DNA of 64,000 bases from Octopus vulgaris (taxonomy: Eukaryota): NCBI GenBank assembly GCA_951406725.2, contig OX597815.1:126728001-126792000 (forward strand), given 5' to 3'. Position numbers and translations under genes: made by a program. The notes below the pieces were generated by a model, which saw nothing but the letters and a program-made list of their open reading frames with translations, did no database searches and was not told the origin of the DNA. Positions 1 through 13,340 of the stretch are shown here, in pieces (the stretch's first letter is position 1; each line of letters opens with the position of its first letter).

Positions 1-1565
1 AGAAGAAAATTCTAACTGGACCCCACCTGCAAGGTCATGTGCTGTTTATCTTGATATGAGATCATCATGTCGTGCACATATGGCTGTGATGCATGTACCT
101 GGTGTACCCTTATCAGACGGGTAGTCATGATGGGTATACTGGGCTTCGTATATTTTACCCCAGTGTCACTTTGATGGCATGCACTGCTCTCTCACTCAAT
201 AATATTAATAATAATAATAATACAAACAGTAAACATGAAAAAAATGGAAATAAAGATTGCATATATCTTTTTAGAGAGTTGAACTGAAGATCATAAGGTC
301 ATGGGTTCAATTCCTGGATCAAGTAATATATTGTGACCTTGAGAAAGGCACTTATTTTATATCCCTGCAGCCTACTTGACTGAAAATGAATAGCAGTTAA
401 CAGCTAGTGCAACCATCTCTCTATCCAGCTGTCACATCAAGTCTCTACTGTTAAAACTTTTTTAAATCTAAAACTAAATTTAGAACTAAATACATTCTCT
501 GATATGGAAAGAATTAACTCATCATTTCTCTGAGGTGTTAAAGATTTTCTCATGCACTTATCAAATCAATACAAGTGGATAATTAATTTTTGATTTCTAA
601 TTTTTGATATACAGAATCTGAATAGAGAGCATATAGAGTTCTGTTTGCAGCAAAGATGAATAAAACAGATAAATCAAACTAGTAATCTTTTGAATATCAG
701 ACTTACATGATTTTTATAAGATTTTAATCACTAAATATTTCAGAGCAATAAGTGCTGAGTGTTCTGGGAGTCTTTTACGTATCACTGGTAAGGGCACCCA
801 TGCCAGTGACTCGTGAAAGCACCCAATACACTCTGTAAAGTGGTTGGTATTAGGAAGGGCATCCAGATGTAGAAACCAAGCCAAAATAGACTGGAACCTG
901 GTGTAGCTCTCTGGCTTACCAGCTCTGGTCAACCATCCAACCCATGCCAGCATAGAAAATGAATGTTAAAAGATGATGATAATGATGATGTATTCATCTT
1001 CTTTATTCATCTACTACAGGTGTCTATAATCCTGGATCTCTCCCACCTCCTGTCTCACACACATAGTAAGTTATCAGACTAGTCTTTCAGTAGCCAGCTG
1101 TCAATGTCATTGAGTATTTTCTCTCTGACTTCCCTAGCTTCTTCTTCCTTTCAGTTTTTTTTTAATGATTTACTTTGTCTTCTCATATCATGTCCAATAA
1201 ATTTAGCTTGTTGCCTCCATTTGTTGTTAAGAAAATTCTCTAGTGGTTTCTCTTCAGCTAAGGAGTTTAATCTTTGTTGTTCTCTCTTTTATCTTTTATT
1301 TGTTTCTGTCATTGAACTGTGGCCATGCTGAAGCACTGGCTTGAAGGGTTTGGATTGAACAAATGGAACCTAATGATTATATTTTCTTTTAAGTTTGGTA
1401 CTTATTCTATCGATCCTTTTTGGTAAACCACTAAGTTACAGTGCTTTAAGCAAACCAACACTAGTGGTCAAATAGTGGCCTGAAAGAGGTAGACACAGAT
1501 GCAAAAACATGCCACCCCACACTCACACACACACTTACACACATATACTCACACACAGACAAACA

Positions 1566-1635
<70 letters not shown>

Positions 1636-3400
1636 TACACACATGTGCATACAAACATGACGAATTTCCACACAGTTTCTGTCTACTAAATTTATTAGCC
1701 AGGAATTTGTAATATAGTAAAAAACCACAATAAGACTGAAACTTAAATCATGTGATTGCAAAGCAAACTGGATTGGTAAGTTATTGCTCTTGCCCTCTGA
1801 TGCTTCTGGTGACAAACCATATGAAACAACATGTTCTATGTATGCTCCTAGGACCCTAGGACTCTTCTTCTAACTCTTTTTTTTTGTTGGTAATTATATT
1901 TAATGTTACCAAAAGCAGCCTTAACCTATTCAGCCCTTCATTTAATTTCTTTCATCTTTCCCCATCTGATGGAATGAGATTCCCAAATATTTAAGGTTGT
2001 CAACTTGTTTCTAGGTTGATCTGTTAATTTTCCTGTGGAGTTTTCTCTGACATTTTCATTTTTTCTGCTTTTTTTCCCTATTAAAACCACACATCTTTCC
2101 ACTAATTTCTGTTGGTTTTAATTTAGGGACAAAGCCAGTAGTTTTAAGGGGAAGGGGTTAGCCAATATCATGACCCTAATACTTGATTGCTATTTCATTT
2201 TATTCACTCTGGAAGGTTGAAAGACAAAATGAACCCCAGCAGAATTTGAACTCAGAACATAAAGAGCCAAAATAAATACCAAAATATAGTTCTATCAGCT
2301 TATTACCTTTATTTCAATCATTCGTATAACAGAATAAAATGAATTACCATTCTGAGTCAAATTTGTTTAATGGTGCAGTCACAGGAGAAAGTTCATCACC
2401 TGTGACCTTTTCTAGGAATTCCAAGAACAATGACTAGAAAGAAATTTAAAACTAATTAAAACTAATTGGTAAATGAGAAATTGATAATAATTTTCTTCAA
2501 AATTACATGTAGAACAGATTTTTCCTATTTAGATTTAGAAATTTTTCTCTCGAAAATCCCATTATTTTTTTCCTTGTGGCTGGTTTCTTTATTCAACTGT
2601 AAAGAATACACAAACATCGAGTGGAAGCCAATATTCAGTAGAAAATCTTCAAGTACCTATTTTCCCAATTGTGTTCAGTTTAGAACCACTTTCTAGTATT
2701 CAGCCAGCTAAACATATTCTTTTACTAATTTTTTTTGGTGGAGAGGAGGGGCATTGTTCTTCCCAATCCACTCTCTCTCTCACTCATTCTCACTCACTCT
2801 CTCTCCCTCCCTCTTCTCCTCTTTTGTTCTGTCTTTCTGTTGTTTCTTCAATAGAACACAAATGCCAGAGAACATTGAAGTAATTTTATCTCCATGGCAA
2901 TAGGTAAGAAAAATAAACATGATATAAAAAAAAAATCGAAACAAGAAAAATAAATTAATTGCATTGAATCTAATAAATATAACCCATAGGATTTGTTAAC
3001 ATCAGGTCAATCAATTCTTGGCTTCCATTTCCATCACACGTTTCTTTTGGCAAATAAAACTGTATAACAATAATAATTTGTTGGCCACAAATCTAAGCAA
3101 ATACACTACAACATATAGACGCTTTTTTGCACTGAGGTGTAATATGTTATGTGCTAAAAAGCTGTGTTTATTTTATGCAATTGCATGTATATGTATATGT
3201 ATGTAAATTTAGTATATTAAAGACAGTATTGATGTACTTGTATTAAAAAATGGCACGTTTAAAAGAGAATTTACTATGTTCTAGTAAAGCAGAGAAGGTG
3301 TTGGCAAGTTATTGGTTTGTGAGATTGCAAAACAAGATCACACATTTACAAATACATGTTAGTACATATGAAATTATAAATATATATATGAATGTGCATG

Positions 3401-3432
<32 letters not shown>

Positions 3433-3436
3433 GACC

Positions 3437-3496
<60 letters not shown>

Positions 3497-3906
3497 TGTG
3501 TGTGTGTATATGTACACACACATATTTATATATACATACTTACACACACATAAACACACACAAACACACACACACACACATTAATATCAAACACTGAGAA
3601 TGAGAGTTCAACATTAAATTTGGTAGAAAAATCTCTTTATTTGTGGATTAAAAGTGCTACCAATGGTTTCATGTGCAAAGAATTTCCACAGTTTTCAAGC
3701 AATGCATACCAAAATGCTCAACGTAATTTTATCCATAACGAAGGCCATTACCATTATTTTAAAGTCGATCATTTGAAAATTGTAGCAATTCTTCTACATG
3801 AAACCATAGGTAGCATTTTAATCTGCAAATAATATCTATCTATTGGTCTGACAGTCAGTTTGTCTGCCTGTGTACCCATCCACATGTCTGTCCATCCACC
3901 TGTCTG

Positions 3907-3984
<78 letters not shown>

Positions 3985-4269
3985 AAACTATCTATCTCAT
4001 CATCATCATCATCATTTAATGTCTGTTCTCCATGCTGCCATGCATTGTACAGTTCAACAGGAGCTGGCCAGCTGGAGAGCTGCCCAGGCTCTCTTTTGTC
4101 TGTTTTGGCATGGGTTCTATGGCTGGATGCCCTTCCTAATGCCAGCCACTTTACAGAGTGTACTAGGTTTTTTTAGAACCTCTTAGCTGAGAAAGGGAAG
4201 TAGAAAACATGCTGTACATATGGACAGCCATGATTTGACTAAGCTTGACATATCTTCACAAATACAGCA

Positions 4270-4655
4270 ATCTGCCAGAAGTCTTAATCCCTTGTCATCT
4301 CCTCTGTGAGGTCTAAAGTCTGAAAATCCTTTCTCATCACTTTGTCCCATATCTTCCTGGGTCTACCCCTTCCACACATTCCTTCCACAATAAGAAATTG
4401 GCACTTCTTGATGCAGCTTCCTCATTCATATGCATCACATGAACATACCAGCACAGTCTTCTCTCTTGCACACTACATCTGATGCCTTGTATACTCAATT
4501 TTTCTTTCAAATCACACTCTGTTGTACATGAACACTGACATTACCCATCCAGCAGAGCATGCTTGCTTAATTTCTTTCGAGCTTTTGCATGTCCTCAGTA
4601 GTCACAGCCCATGTCTCACTGCCATGTAGCATAGCTGTTCATACACAGGCATCAT
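4270..4655 (-). mobile_element. RTE LINE 3' fragment
   Basis: Similar to 20620-21000; encodes an MLHGSETWAVT-like segment. Confidence 0.75.
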
Positions 4656-4729
4656 CCATGTTCATAATGATGATGGTGATGATGATATATACATATTTAA
4701 GAAAATAAGAAAATAGAGAGATAATTAAA

Positions 4730-5035
4730 TTAATAATTATTTATTAATTAGAAAGTAACATTTCATCTCTGACAGCTGTTTTGATTCAAGACTTTTAGAA
4801 ATGAATTGAGATAATTAAAAATATTTTAAAGTTGAATCTCATTGGAGGTGGCTAAAGATATACCATTAGATTTTCATGTACCAGTGAGTTGAGTGTATGG
4901 CTCCAAACCGCTCCCCGGTTTATCCAGTTACCTTATAATTGACTATTAATTGTAATATTCAACACTTCTTGTAACAGGTTATAAACCAGTATATTCATTG
5001 GATTTTATTATCCCTTAATGAGGTTTGTATCCCTT
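4730..5035 (-). mobile_element. Decayed PLE-like repeat with a hammerhead relic (about 4765-4850)
   Basis: The minus strand reads ccaatga-gattcaa...ttgaatc-aaaa-cagctg-TC-agag, with a 7-bp stem II and a palindromic stem III (acagctgt). The core is mutated. Confidence 0.45.
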
Positions 5036-5084
5036 ATTTGAATTTTTATATATATATATATATTTATATGATAAAGGAAAGACA

Positions 5085-5605
5085 GAAGATGGAAGATACA
5101 AGACTTTTTATTAATCACGACAATTGTTTCGACACATCTAGCACCAATCCATCATGGGTGGGATACTTAACAACTGGTTCAGGAGCATCTGACAGTGCAG
5201 GTATGTCTTTTCAGGCGATAAATAGATATAATACTTTAAAATAACAGTTACACAATGTATCTTCTTATTTTGTACATTCATATCTGTTAATGGTTATTTT
5301 TAATACTTTTCTTGCTGTATTGCATGTTCGCTTCTTTTTTTGCATCTGTAACTTTATTTTTGATCTTCTATATAAATGAAGATATATCCTTTGTTTTGCT
5401 GCTATTCTTTACAAAAAATGAGAAAATACATTGCAGAACAGTTATTTTAATGAGTTATACCTATTTATCACCCTAAGAGGCACATCTGCACTGCTGGATG
5501 TTCCTAAACCAGTTGTTAAGTATCCCACCCATGAGGGATCGATGCCAGATGTGTTGAAACAATTATTGTGATTAATAAAAATTCTTGTATCTTCCATCTT
5601 TCATC
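5085..5605. mobile_element. Old divergent fold-back of a PLE-like repeat; each arm has a decayed large-stem-II hammerhead
   Basis: 5085-5250 is a diverged reverse complement of 5438-5605. The consensus is atcac-C(C/T)GANGA-gacacatct...agatgtgtc-GAAA-caattg-TC-gtgat. Confidence 0.65.
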
Positions 5606-8274
5606 TACCATATATACAATGAACACTGTGGAAGTGACTATGCTTTACCAGTAAGCTATCAGATATAAGCCATTTGTTTTATTACCTAATATATATATGT
5701 ATATATGTATGTATATCTATATATATATACATATACATACACACACACACACACACACATATATATAAATGTATGTGTATTTTTTCAATGTGTACAAATA
5801 ACATGGAAAAAATAAACAAATAGTTACCAGGGTAGCAAAAAATTCACATAAGTATCAAAGATGTCACAGCCTAATTATAAAGGTAGAAATTCCGGGGTTT
5901 AGTGAAATGTTTTTGTATAACATAGATAAATAAAGAAATGGAGTTCCCATAAGTAATTTCTACCAATCTATAAAATTTGACCTTTAACTGTCTTCTTATA
6001 TTTCATTTCCACTAAATATATCTATTTCCACGCCTTTAAGCTTTATTCCCATTCATTTATCGCACTATATTTCTCCATTCTTGGTTTTCTGCAAATTTCT
6101 TTCTTTCTCCTCCTTCTCTTCCTCTAAATTGCATTTGATGTTAAATCTATTAACATTTGTTTTTTAAAAAATAACTTGCCAGCATTCCCTTCATCATATA
6201 TGCAATCATCACATTCGGTTAAAATGGCTTATTGATGTGTTTTATTTCTCTTTTTTCCCTGATGAGAAGATCACATTGTTTTACATCATTTTATTCCCTC
6301 TGGAATAATACTAATGTTTTCTTCGAAGCATATGTCGGAAGTATAAAGATTTGAATAACAGATGTGTTTAACTCCATTTATTTATTTATCTTTTATATTT
6401 ATATATATACATGTAAATCATTCACAGGTTGGTCTCAAAATGAATACAGATATAAACAGGCTGTAATACTGTTGATTAAAGAAAACAACCTTTGCATAAA
6501 AAGTGGTGAAAGGCAACCTTCAGGAACTGAACTACCCATTTCACTAAAGTAACTCTCAACTACTCTTCCTTCCAATTTTAAGTTTTATTTGTTCCAGTGA
6601 GAAAGTAAGTCTACACCCTAAAAAAGTTGACACTTAGGGATGTGAAATAAATCACTTGAGAATAAGTCTGCAAACAGACACAGCTATAAACTACATTAAT
6701 ATATTTGTGTTACAAAACTATAGGTTGATAAAAAAGGTTGAAGGCTACATGCAAGACTTGAACCCACATCTTCTGTGCCCAAGTGACAGAAATACTTACC
6801 ATTATGCTAAAGTTTGTAAGAAGAAAGCTTTGAAATAAATGGAAAACTACTAAAAGTTACTTTAGTGTAATGGTTAGCACATCTACTATATAAGTAGCCT
6901 GCAAACATTTTCCTATACAAAGTTTCTTTTTTTAACCCAATATATTGGATTCAAATTTTGGCACAGAAATTTTGGGAGAAGGGTAAGTCAATTAAACTGA
7001 CCCCAGTTCTCAACTGGTACTTATTTAATCAACCCCGAAAGAGTGAACAGCAACATTGATCTCATCAGAATTTGAACTCAGAAAATCATGGCCAATGCCA
7101 GTGTTGTGTAACTGGCTTGTTAAAAGCACCCTTCAATTGTTGGGTGATATGTTGTGCTTGTGAAGACCTGTTGAACCAAGTGAAATTGTAGTTGTGGCTG
7201 ATGCCAGTGCTGGTGACATGTAAAAAAGCACCATTCAAGCGTTGGGCCTCATGGAGGCAGTGACAGGTGACCAAGACCCTTGACAATATGCTGTGCTTGT
7301 GTTGACCTGTCAAGACAAGTGAGACCATAGTTGTGGCTAATGCTGATGTCAGGTCAGTGGCACCCATGCCAGTGGCAAGTAAAATACATCCACGACACTC
7401 GCAGAGTGGTTGGCATTAGGAAGGGCATCCAGCTGCAGAATCCTTGTCACATCAGACTGGAACCTGGTGCAAACCCCCCACCCACCCAGCTGACCAGCTT
7501 TCAGTCAAATCATCCAACCCATGCCAGCATAGAAAGAAGACATTAAACAATGATGATGATAAGGATGAACATAAAGGGGGTACAAAATGCTACCAAACCT
7601 TTTTCCCAGCATGGTAACAATTGTGCCAACTTATCACCTTTAATCTAATACATGGTTATTATTGTTGTTTGTTCCCCCCTTGAGTTATGCCTGGCTCATA
7701 AGGGCCAGTTTTCTGGTTTCATTGGTGTATAAGTTCCACACCTGGACAGGACACTGGTCCATCGCAAATCCAATACATTACATACATTACATACTATTAT
7801 TTGTATCCACCCCTAAAATATTTATTTACCTCATGAAGTATCTACATTGTCACAAGGATCCAGGTGTGAAGAGGTCAGTGAAGAATATTAAGGGAAGTGA
7901 CAACTATTTTTGTTTTTTGTGTGTATATTATCTATATCTCTTTGTCTTCTCTCCTGGTGCTGTATGAATTTCTGATGCTATATCTAGCATGAAGGTATCT
8001 TTAGATACCCTAGATTATAATTTTAATAATAATTATTACCTGTGAGGTTTTTATTCCCATGCTAGCCACTTGATATGATCAGTATTTGAAATAACGATCT
8101 TATCCTTATTTATATAAATTTAATGTCTATGAGTATAGGTATTTTAGTTCTTGCTCATGTACAACCCATGCCAGCATGGACAACTGATGTTAAATGATGC
8201 TGATGATAATGATGATAATGATGATGTATGTGTGTGTATGTGTGTTTGAGTACAACTGTTTGTGTGTGTGTGTA

Positions 8275-8320
<46 letters not shown>

Positions 8321-8528
8321 TGTGTGGATGGTTATTCATACATGTGCATATTATATGTGTAGATTTAAAAAAAAATTCAATTCCATGATGACAATGATGA
8401 TGATGATTGTGATGACAAAATATCAGAAACTATATGTTAAAATCAAAGTGAGAATTGGCAAGATGTCACTGATAGCAATCTCTCTCTCTCTCTTTATATA
8501 TATATATATTCATATGCAGGTATACATA

Positions 8529-8561
<33 letters not shown>

Positions 8562-8743
8562 GTATATATTTATATACATATATATAAGTATATATATATG
8601 TATGTATACACACATATATATATGTATAAATATATGTGTATGTACGTATATATATATATATATATATATAAATGGCGGTGCCCCAGCATGGCCACAGCTC
8701 GTGAGCTGAAACTAGATAAATTAAAATAAAATAAATAAAAAAA

Positions 8744-8786
<43 letters not shown>

Positions 8787-8841
8787 CATATATATATATA
8801 CATATGTATATACATCTATATATATATAAGCATATACATAC

Positions 8842-8875
<34 letters not shown>

Positions 8876-9287
8876 ACATACATGCACGCATACACACTTA
8901 TATATTATGTACCTGAACACAGATCATTAACCATTGATTTGATGCTTGATTCAAACCTGGCAGCCTGTTTTACTTCTTTTTATTTCCTCTTTAGTTTCCT
9001 CATGGGTGGTGTATGTTCAATTCTCACTTGGCAGATACATTTTAGTTTTCTTTTTTTAATTTATGCTTATTTATTCATTTATATTTTTTTTACATACACT
9101 TTCAATTAATTTTAATCAGAGTCGTCATCATAATCATCATCATCACTGTTGTTTTCCTCATGGCTGTCATCATCATTATCATTGCTATGATCATCACTAT
9201 CATCATTAGAACCACCACCACATCCTCATTACCACCACCACCACCACCACCACCACTGTCATTGTCGTCGTCATTACCACCACCACC

Positions 9288-9321
<34 letters not shown>

Positions 9322-10277
9322 ATATCATCTTGTCAGATTTTATTTTCTCTTTACTTGCATATATTTTTGTTGTTTGTTTATGGTTTAAACTGGAGAAAGT
9401 GACAGCGTCCATGACTGTTGCAGGCTGTGCAAGACATGTAAGACCAATAAAATGTGAATTCAACTCGAAATGTAGTCCTGTGTGAACCAGTACAACTCCT
9501 CTCTTTGTTATTTCATCAGTGGGGACCAATCATACAGTTTCTCCCTATACCTGTTTCTCCCTATAACTCAGTCTAATCCTACTAGAGCTACCTTCAACAG
9601 CTCTGTAATTAATTTCGATCACATATCCATACTAGCATAACCACTTCCTGCAATACATGACTGACACAATCAACTAATGTCATATATCTTTTGACCTTTA
9701 CTTTGGAAATAATTTCATTTGTAAGCCTTAATAATCTCAGTAGTAGACTTCATCTTCTGTTAAGTTGAATAGCACCACCTGACCTTTGGGTACCTGTTTC
9801 AGGGTTATTCTTTTCCACCCCGTCATTCATGAAAAGGACCATAAACACTGCCTTTCTTTCTCTAAGCCAAAGAAAATTATCTATAACTTAAATGATGCAA
9901 ATGGCTGCATTCACATGGCTCCACAGTACCAGTGGAAGATTTGGCCCTTAACTGGTGCTGTGAAAAGAAAAGAAGAATTGTTGCTTCTTTTAATACACTT
10001 CACTATTCCTGTGACTTCAATAAATTCAATAGAATTAAGACACTAGTAATTTCACTGCTTTACTAACCATCCTTCCCCCAACTACAATTTCTTTACCATG
10101 TGCCTCACGGAAGTAATGACAAATGACATGCTTTAGAAGAAGACCCATCAAGTCAAGTGAAATCATAGTCATGGAAGCAAGTAAAAGCACCCATTACACT
10201 CTCAGAGTGGTTGGTGTTAGGAAAGGCATCCAGTCGTAGAAACCATATAAAATCAGACTAGAGTCAGGTACAGTCAG

Positions 10278-10622
10278 CCCTGGTCTAACCATCAAACCCA
10301 AGAACAATGTCCAACCCAGGGACAAACCGTCCAACCCATGGACAATGGATGCTAAATGGATGATGAATATAATGGTGATGATGTGCTCCCTGCCCTGGTC
10401 AAACCATCTAACCCATGAACAATGTCCAACCCAGGGACAAACCGTCCAACCCATGGACAATGGATGCTAAATGGATGATGAATATGATGGTGATGATGTG
10501 CTCCCTGCCCTGGTCAAACCGTCTAACCCATGGACAATGTCCAACACAGGGACAAACCATCCAACCCATGGACAATAGATGCTAAACGATGATGAATATG
10601 ATAATGATGATGTGCTCCCTGC
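10278..10622 (+). repeat. Tandem triplication (~116-bp unit) of a SINE 3' end
   Basis: ccctggtc(t/a)aacc...gatgatgtgctccctg occurs three times. Confidence 0.85.
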
Positions 10623-11007
10623 TTTATTTACTTCCAGCCTTATTTTCTCAGGATTTTACTCCAAAATAATAAAACCTTTTCTTTTTCTCTCTATTACTAG
10701 ATTACAAAATTAAAAAGCCAGTTCATCAACATCCTGTAGAGAGATGCTACCATTGCAAACAGCAAGAGCAGCTTAAATCTGGTACAGCATTATCTTATAG
10801 TATTTATTTCAGTTGCTTCCATGTGTATAGCTTGAAGACAAGTTCTCATGTCAGAGTAATATTTCCCATATAAATTACAAGATGCTGTAGTTTTTAAGGA
10901 TCCTTTTAAAACCTAATTAGATATAAGATTCAGATCATATTGCAGGTTCATGCTCAGCAAACTCAGGGTATGAAGGAATAAATATTCCAGCTGGACTTAA
11001 ACATGTT

Positions 11008-11073
11008 TCCTCCTCCTCCTCCTCCTCCTCCTCCTCCTCCTCCTCATCATCATCATCATCATCATCATCGTCA

Positions 11074-11105
<32 letters not shown>

Positions 11106-11120
11106 GCCACCACCACCACC

Positions 11121-11166
<46 letters not shown>

Positions 11167-11208
11167 CACCACCACCACCACCACCTTCATCATCATCATC
11201 ATCATCAT
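11008..11208. repeat. Compound trinucleotide microsatellite (CCT)(CAT)(CGT)(CGC)(CAC)(CAA)(CAC)(CAT)
   Basis: Read directly from the sequence. It forms the tail of a minus-strand RTE-tailed SINE that continues at 11209. Confidence 0.95.
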
Positions 11209-11992
11209 TTAACGTCCGCTTTCCATGCTGGCTGGGGTTGGACGGTTTGACTGAGGGCTGGCAAGCCAGAAGGCTACACCAGGCTCATAACATATATGTA
11301 CATAATATATTAGTACAGGAGCTAATTAAGAAGCATTAATATGGTTGATCCCCATGCTATAAATGGTAGCTAGCTCTCCCTTAGGTACAACTTTCTGTGT
11401 TAAAAAAGGAAGGACACATTGCATAATATTGCCTTGCATCATCATTATTATCATTTGACGTCTATCTTCCATGCTGGCATCGGTTGGACAGTTTGACAGG
11501 AGATGGTAAGCCAGAGGACTGTGCTAAGCTCCACTATCTGCTTTGGCATGGTTTTTTATAGCTGGATGCTGTTCCTAATGCCCACCACTCTGAGGTCTGC
11601 TTTATCATAGCTGACCTTGCTGGTGCTGGTGTCACATAAAAGGCACTCAGGCCACCACTCTGCATAAAGAAGGGCATTCAACTGATACAAACTATGGGTG
11701 TCTTATGTCTGAAAATACCTTTAACACTTTTGATCATATCTTCTCAATCAGGGTAGGATTCTCACTAAACAACAATAACATCTCGTTTGTTCTAAAGGTA
11801 GGAAGATCATCTTTGATCAAAGTTCAGGTTTGGGGTTAGTAGACGGGAATATATTTTAATTTTGGTTGCATTTTATTCTTTTATTATTTTATGAAGATCA
11901 TTAGAAATGTTGTTATTGGTTTCTTTTTTCTTTCTTTCAAAGAATCTAAACAAATGTATAATTAAATAAATCAGTAGTGTGGAATTACTCAC

Positions 11993-12071
11993 CTGATGGC
12001 AGAAGTAGCAAAAACCTGTCCATTGAAACCAACACACAGGACAAAGATGGACGCAATTACAACAATACAGT
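11993..12071 (-). CDS. KCNQ1: Internal coding exon (79 bp) of the KCNQ1-type channel, S3 and start of S4 (equivalent to vertebrate exon 4)
   Basis: The minus strand reads tcttctgttttactttcAG|ACTGTATT...GCCATCAG|GTgagt. It joins in frame to the upstream exon (G|AC = Asp), giving [27 protein letters not shown], compared with human [27 protein letters not shown]. Confidence 0.96.
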
Positions 12072-12678
12072 CTGAAAGTAAAACAGAAGATATATATATA
12101 TATGTGTGTGTGTATGTGTATAGATATGCACAAAGAAATATTTGCATGTGTGTGTATATATACATACACACGTACATACATGCATGTATACATACATAAA
12201 CACATGCATACATACACACATACATACATACATACATACACACACACATGCACACACACACATATCCATACATACATCCAAACATACATTGTGGCACTAT
12301 GTCAGTTACGACGACGAGGGTTCCAGTTTATCCAATCAACAGAACAGCCTGCTTGTGAAATTAACGTTCAAGTGGCTGAGCACTCCACAGACACATGTTT
12401 CCTTAATGTAGTTCTCAGAGAGATTCATGGTGACACAGAGTGTGACAAAGCTGGTCCTTTGAAATACAGGTACAACAGAAACAAGAAGAAAGAGTGAGAG
12501 AAAGTTGTGGTGAAAGAGTTCAGTAGGGTTCACCACCACCTACTACTGGAGCCTCGAGGAGCTTTTAGGTGTTTTCGCTCAATAAACACTCACAATGTCC
12601 AGTCTGAGAATTGAAACCGCAATCCTATGACCACAAGTCCATTGCGCATCCACCATACAGACATACATACATACATAT

Positions 12679-12719
<41 letters not shown>

Positions 12720-12751
12720 TTTATATATATATACACACACACACACATATA

Positions 12752-13340
12752 TCTGAACTTCCTCCACCCAATTCTTATTCTAGAAATAATACTTTCAGAG
12801 CATCTTCCACCGTTACTAATTTGGTCACCTAGGTAACAGAAACTGTCTTTTGAGGTTGTAGATAGTCTCTGTTATCTAGATGACCAAATTAGTAATGGTG
12901 GAGGATGCTCTGAAAGTATTGTTTCTAGAATAAGAATTGGGTGGATGAAGTTCAGAGAGCTATTGCCTCTGTTGGCAATGAAAGGACTCTCCCTCAGAGT
13001 GAAAGATAGAATATATGATGCTTGTATGCAAACGGCTATACTTCATGGTAGTGAGACATGTGTGGTGGAAGACTTGTGAGGACTGGAGAGAAATGAAGGT
13101 AGTATGCTCTGTTGGATGTGCAACATCAGTGCGCATTAAATTACTGCAAATGTATTGAGAGAAAAGTTGGGCAAGAGAGAAATCAAATGTAGCATTGGTT
13201 TGGATATGTGATGGCTATGAATGAAGATAGCTGTATAAAGAAGTGCTGGTCACTGAAAGAATGTTTGGCATCACGGAGGAAATGACAATAGACTGAGATG
13301 TCTGGCGATATGAGGTACTTGAGAAGACCCACCCACATCA
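12752..13340 (+). mobile_element. RTE-clade LINE 3' fragment with an inverted duplication of its 5' end
   Basis: Peptides EVVDSLCYLDDQISNGGGCSESIVSRIRIGWMKFRELL...YDACMQTAILHGSET. 12752-12844 is an inverted copy of 12864-12956. Confidence 0.85.

Noticed and set aside
1790-1845. CTGATGc...tggt/acca...GAAAcaacatgttc hammerhead-like string
   Set aside because: The core is non-canonical, stem II does not abut the core, and there is no stem I complementarity. Likely chance.
7965-8015. ctgatgctatatctagcatgaagg followed by the hairpin ggtatct-tt-agatacc
   Set aside because: It lacks GAAA and a convincing stem I or II, so it cannot be supported as a ribozyme.
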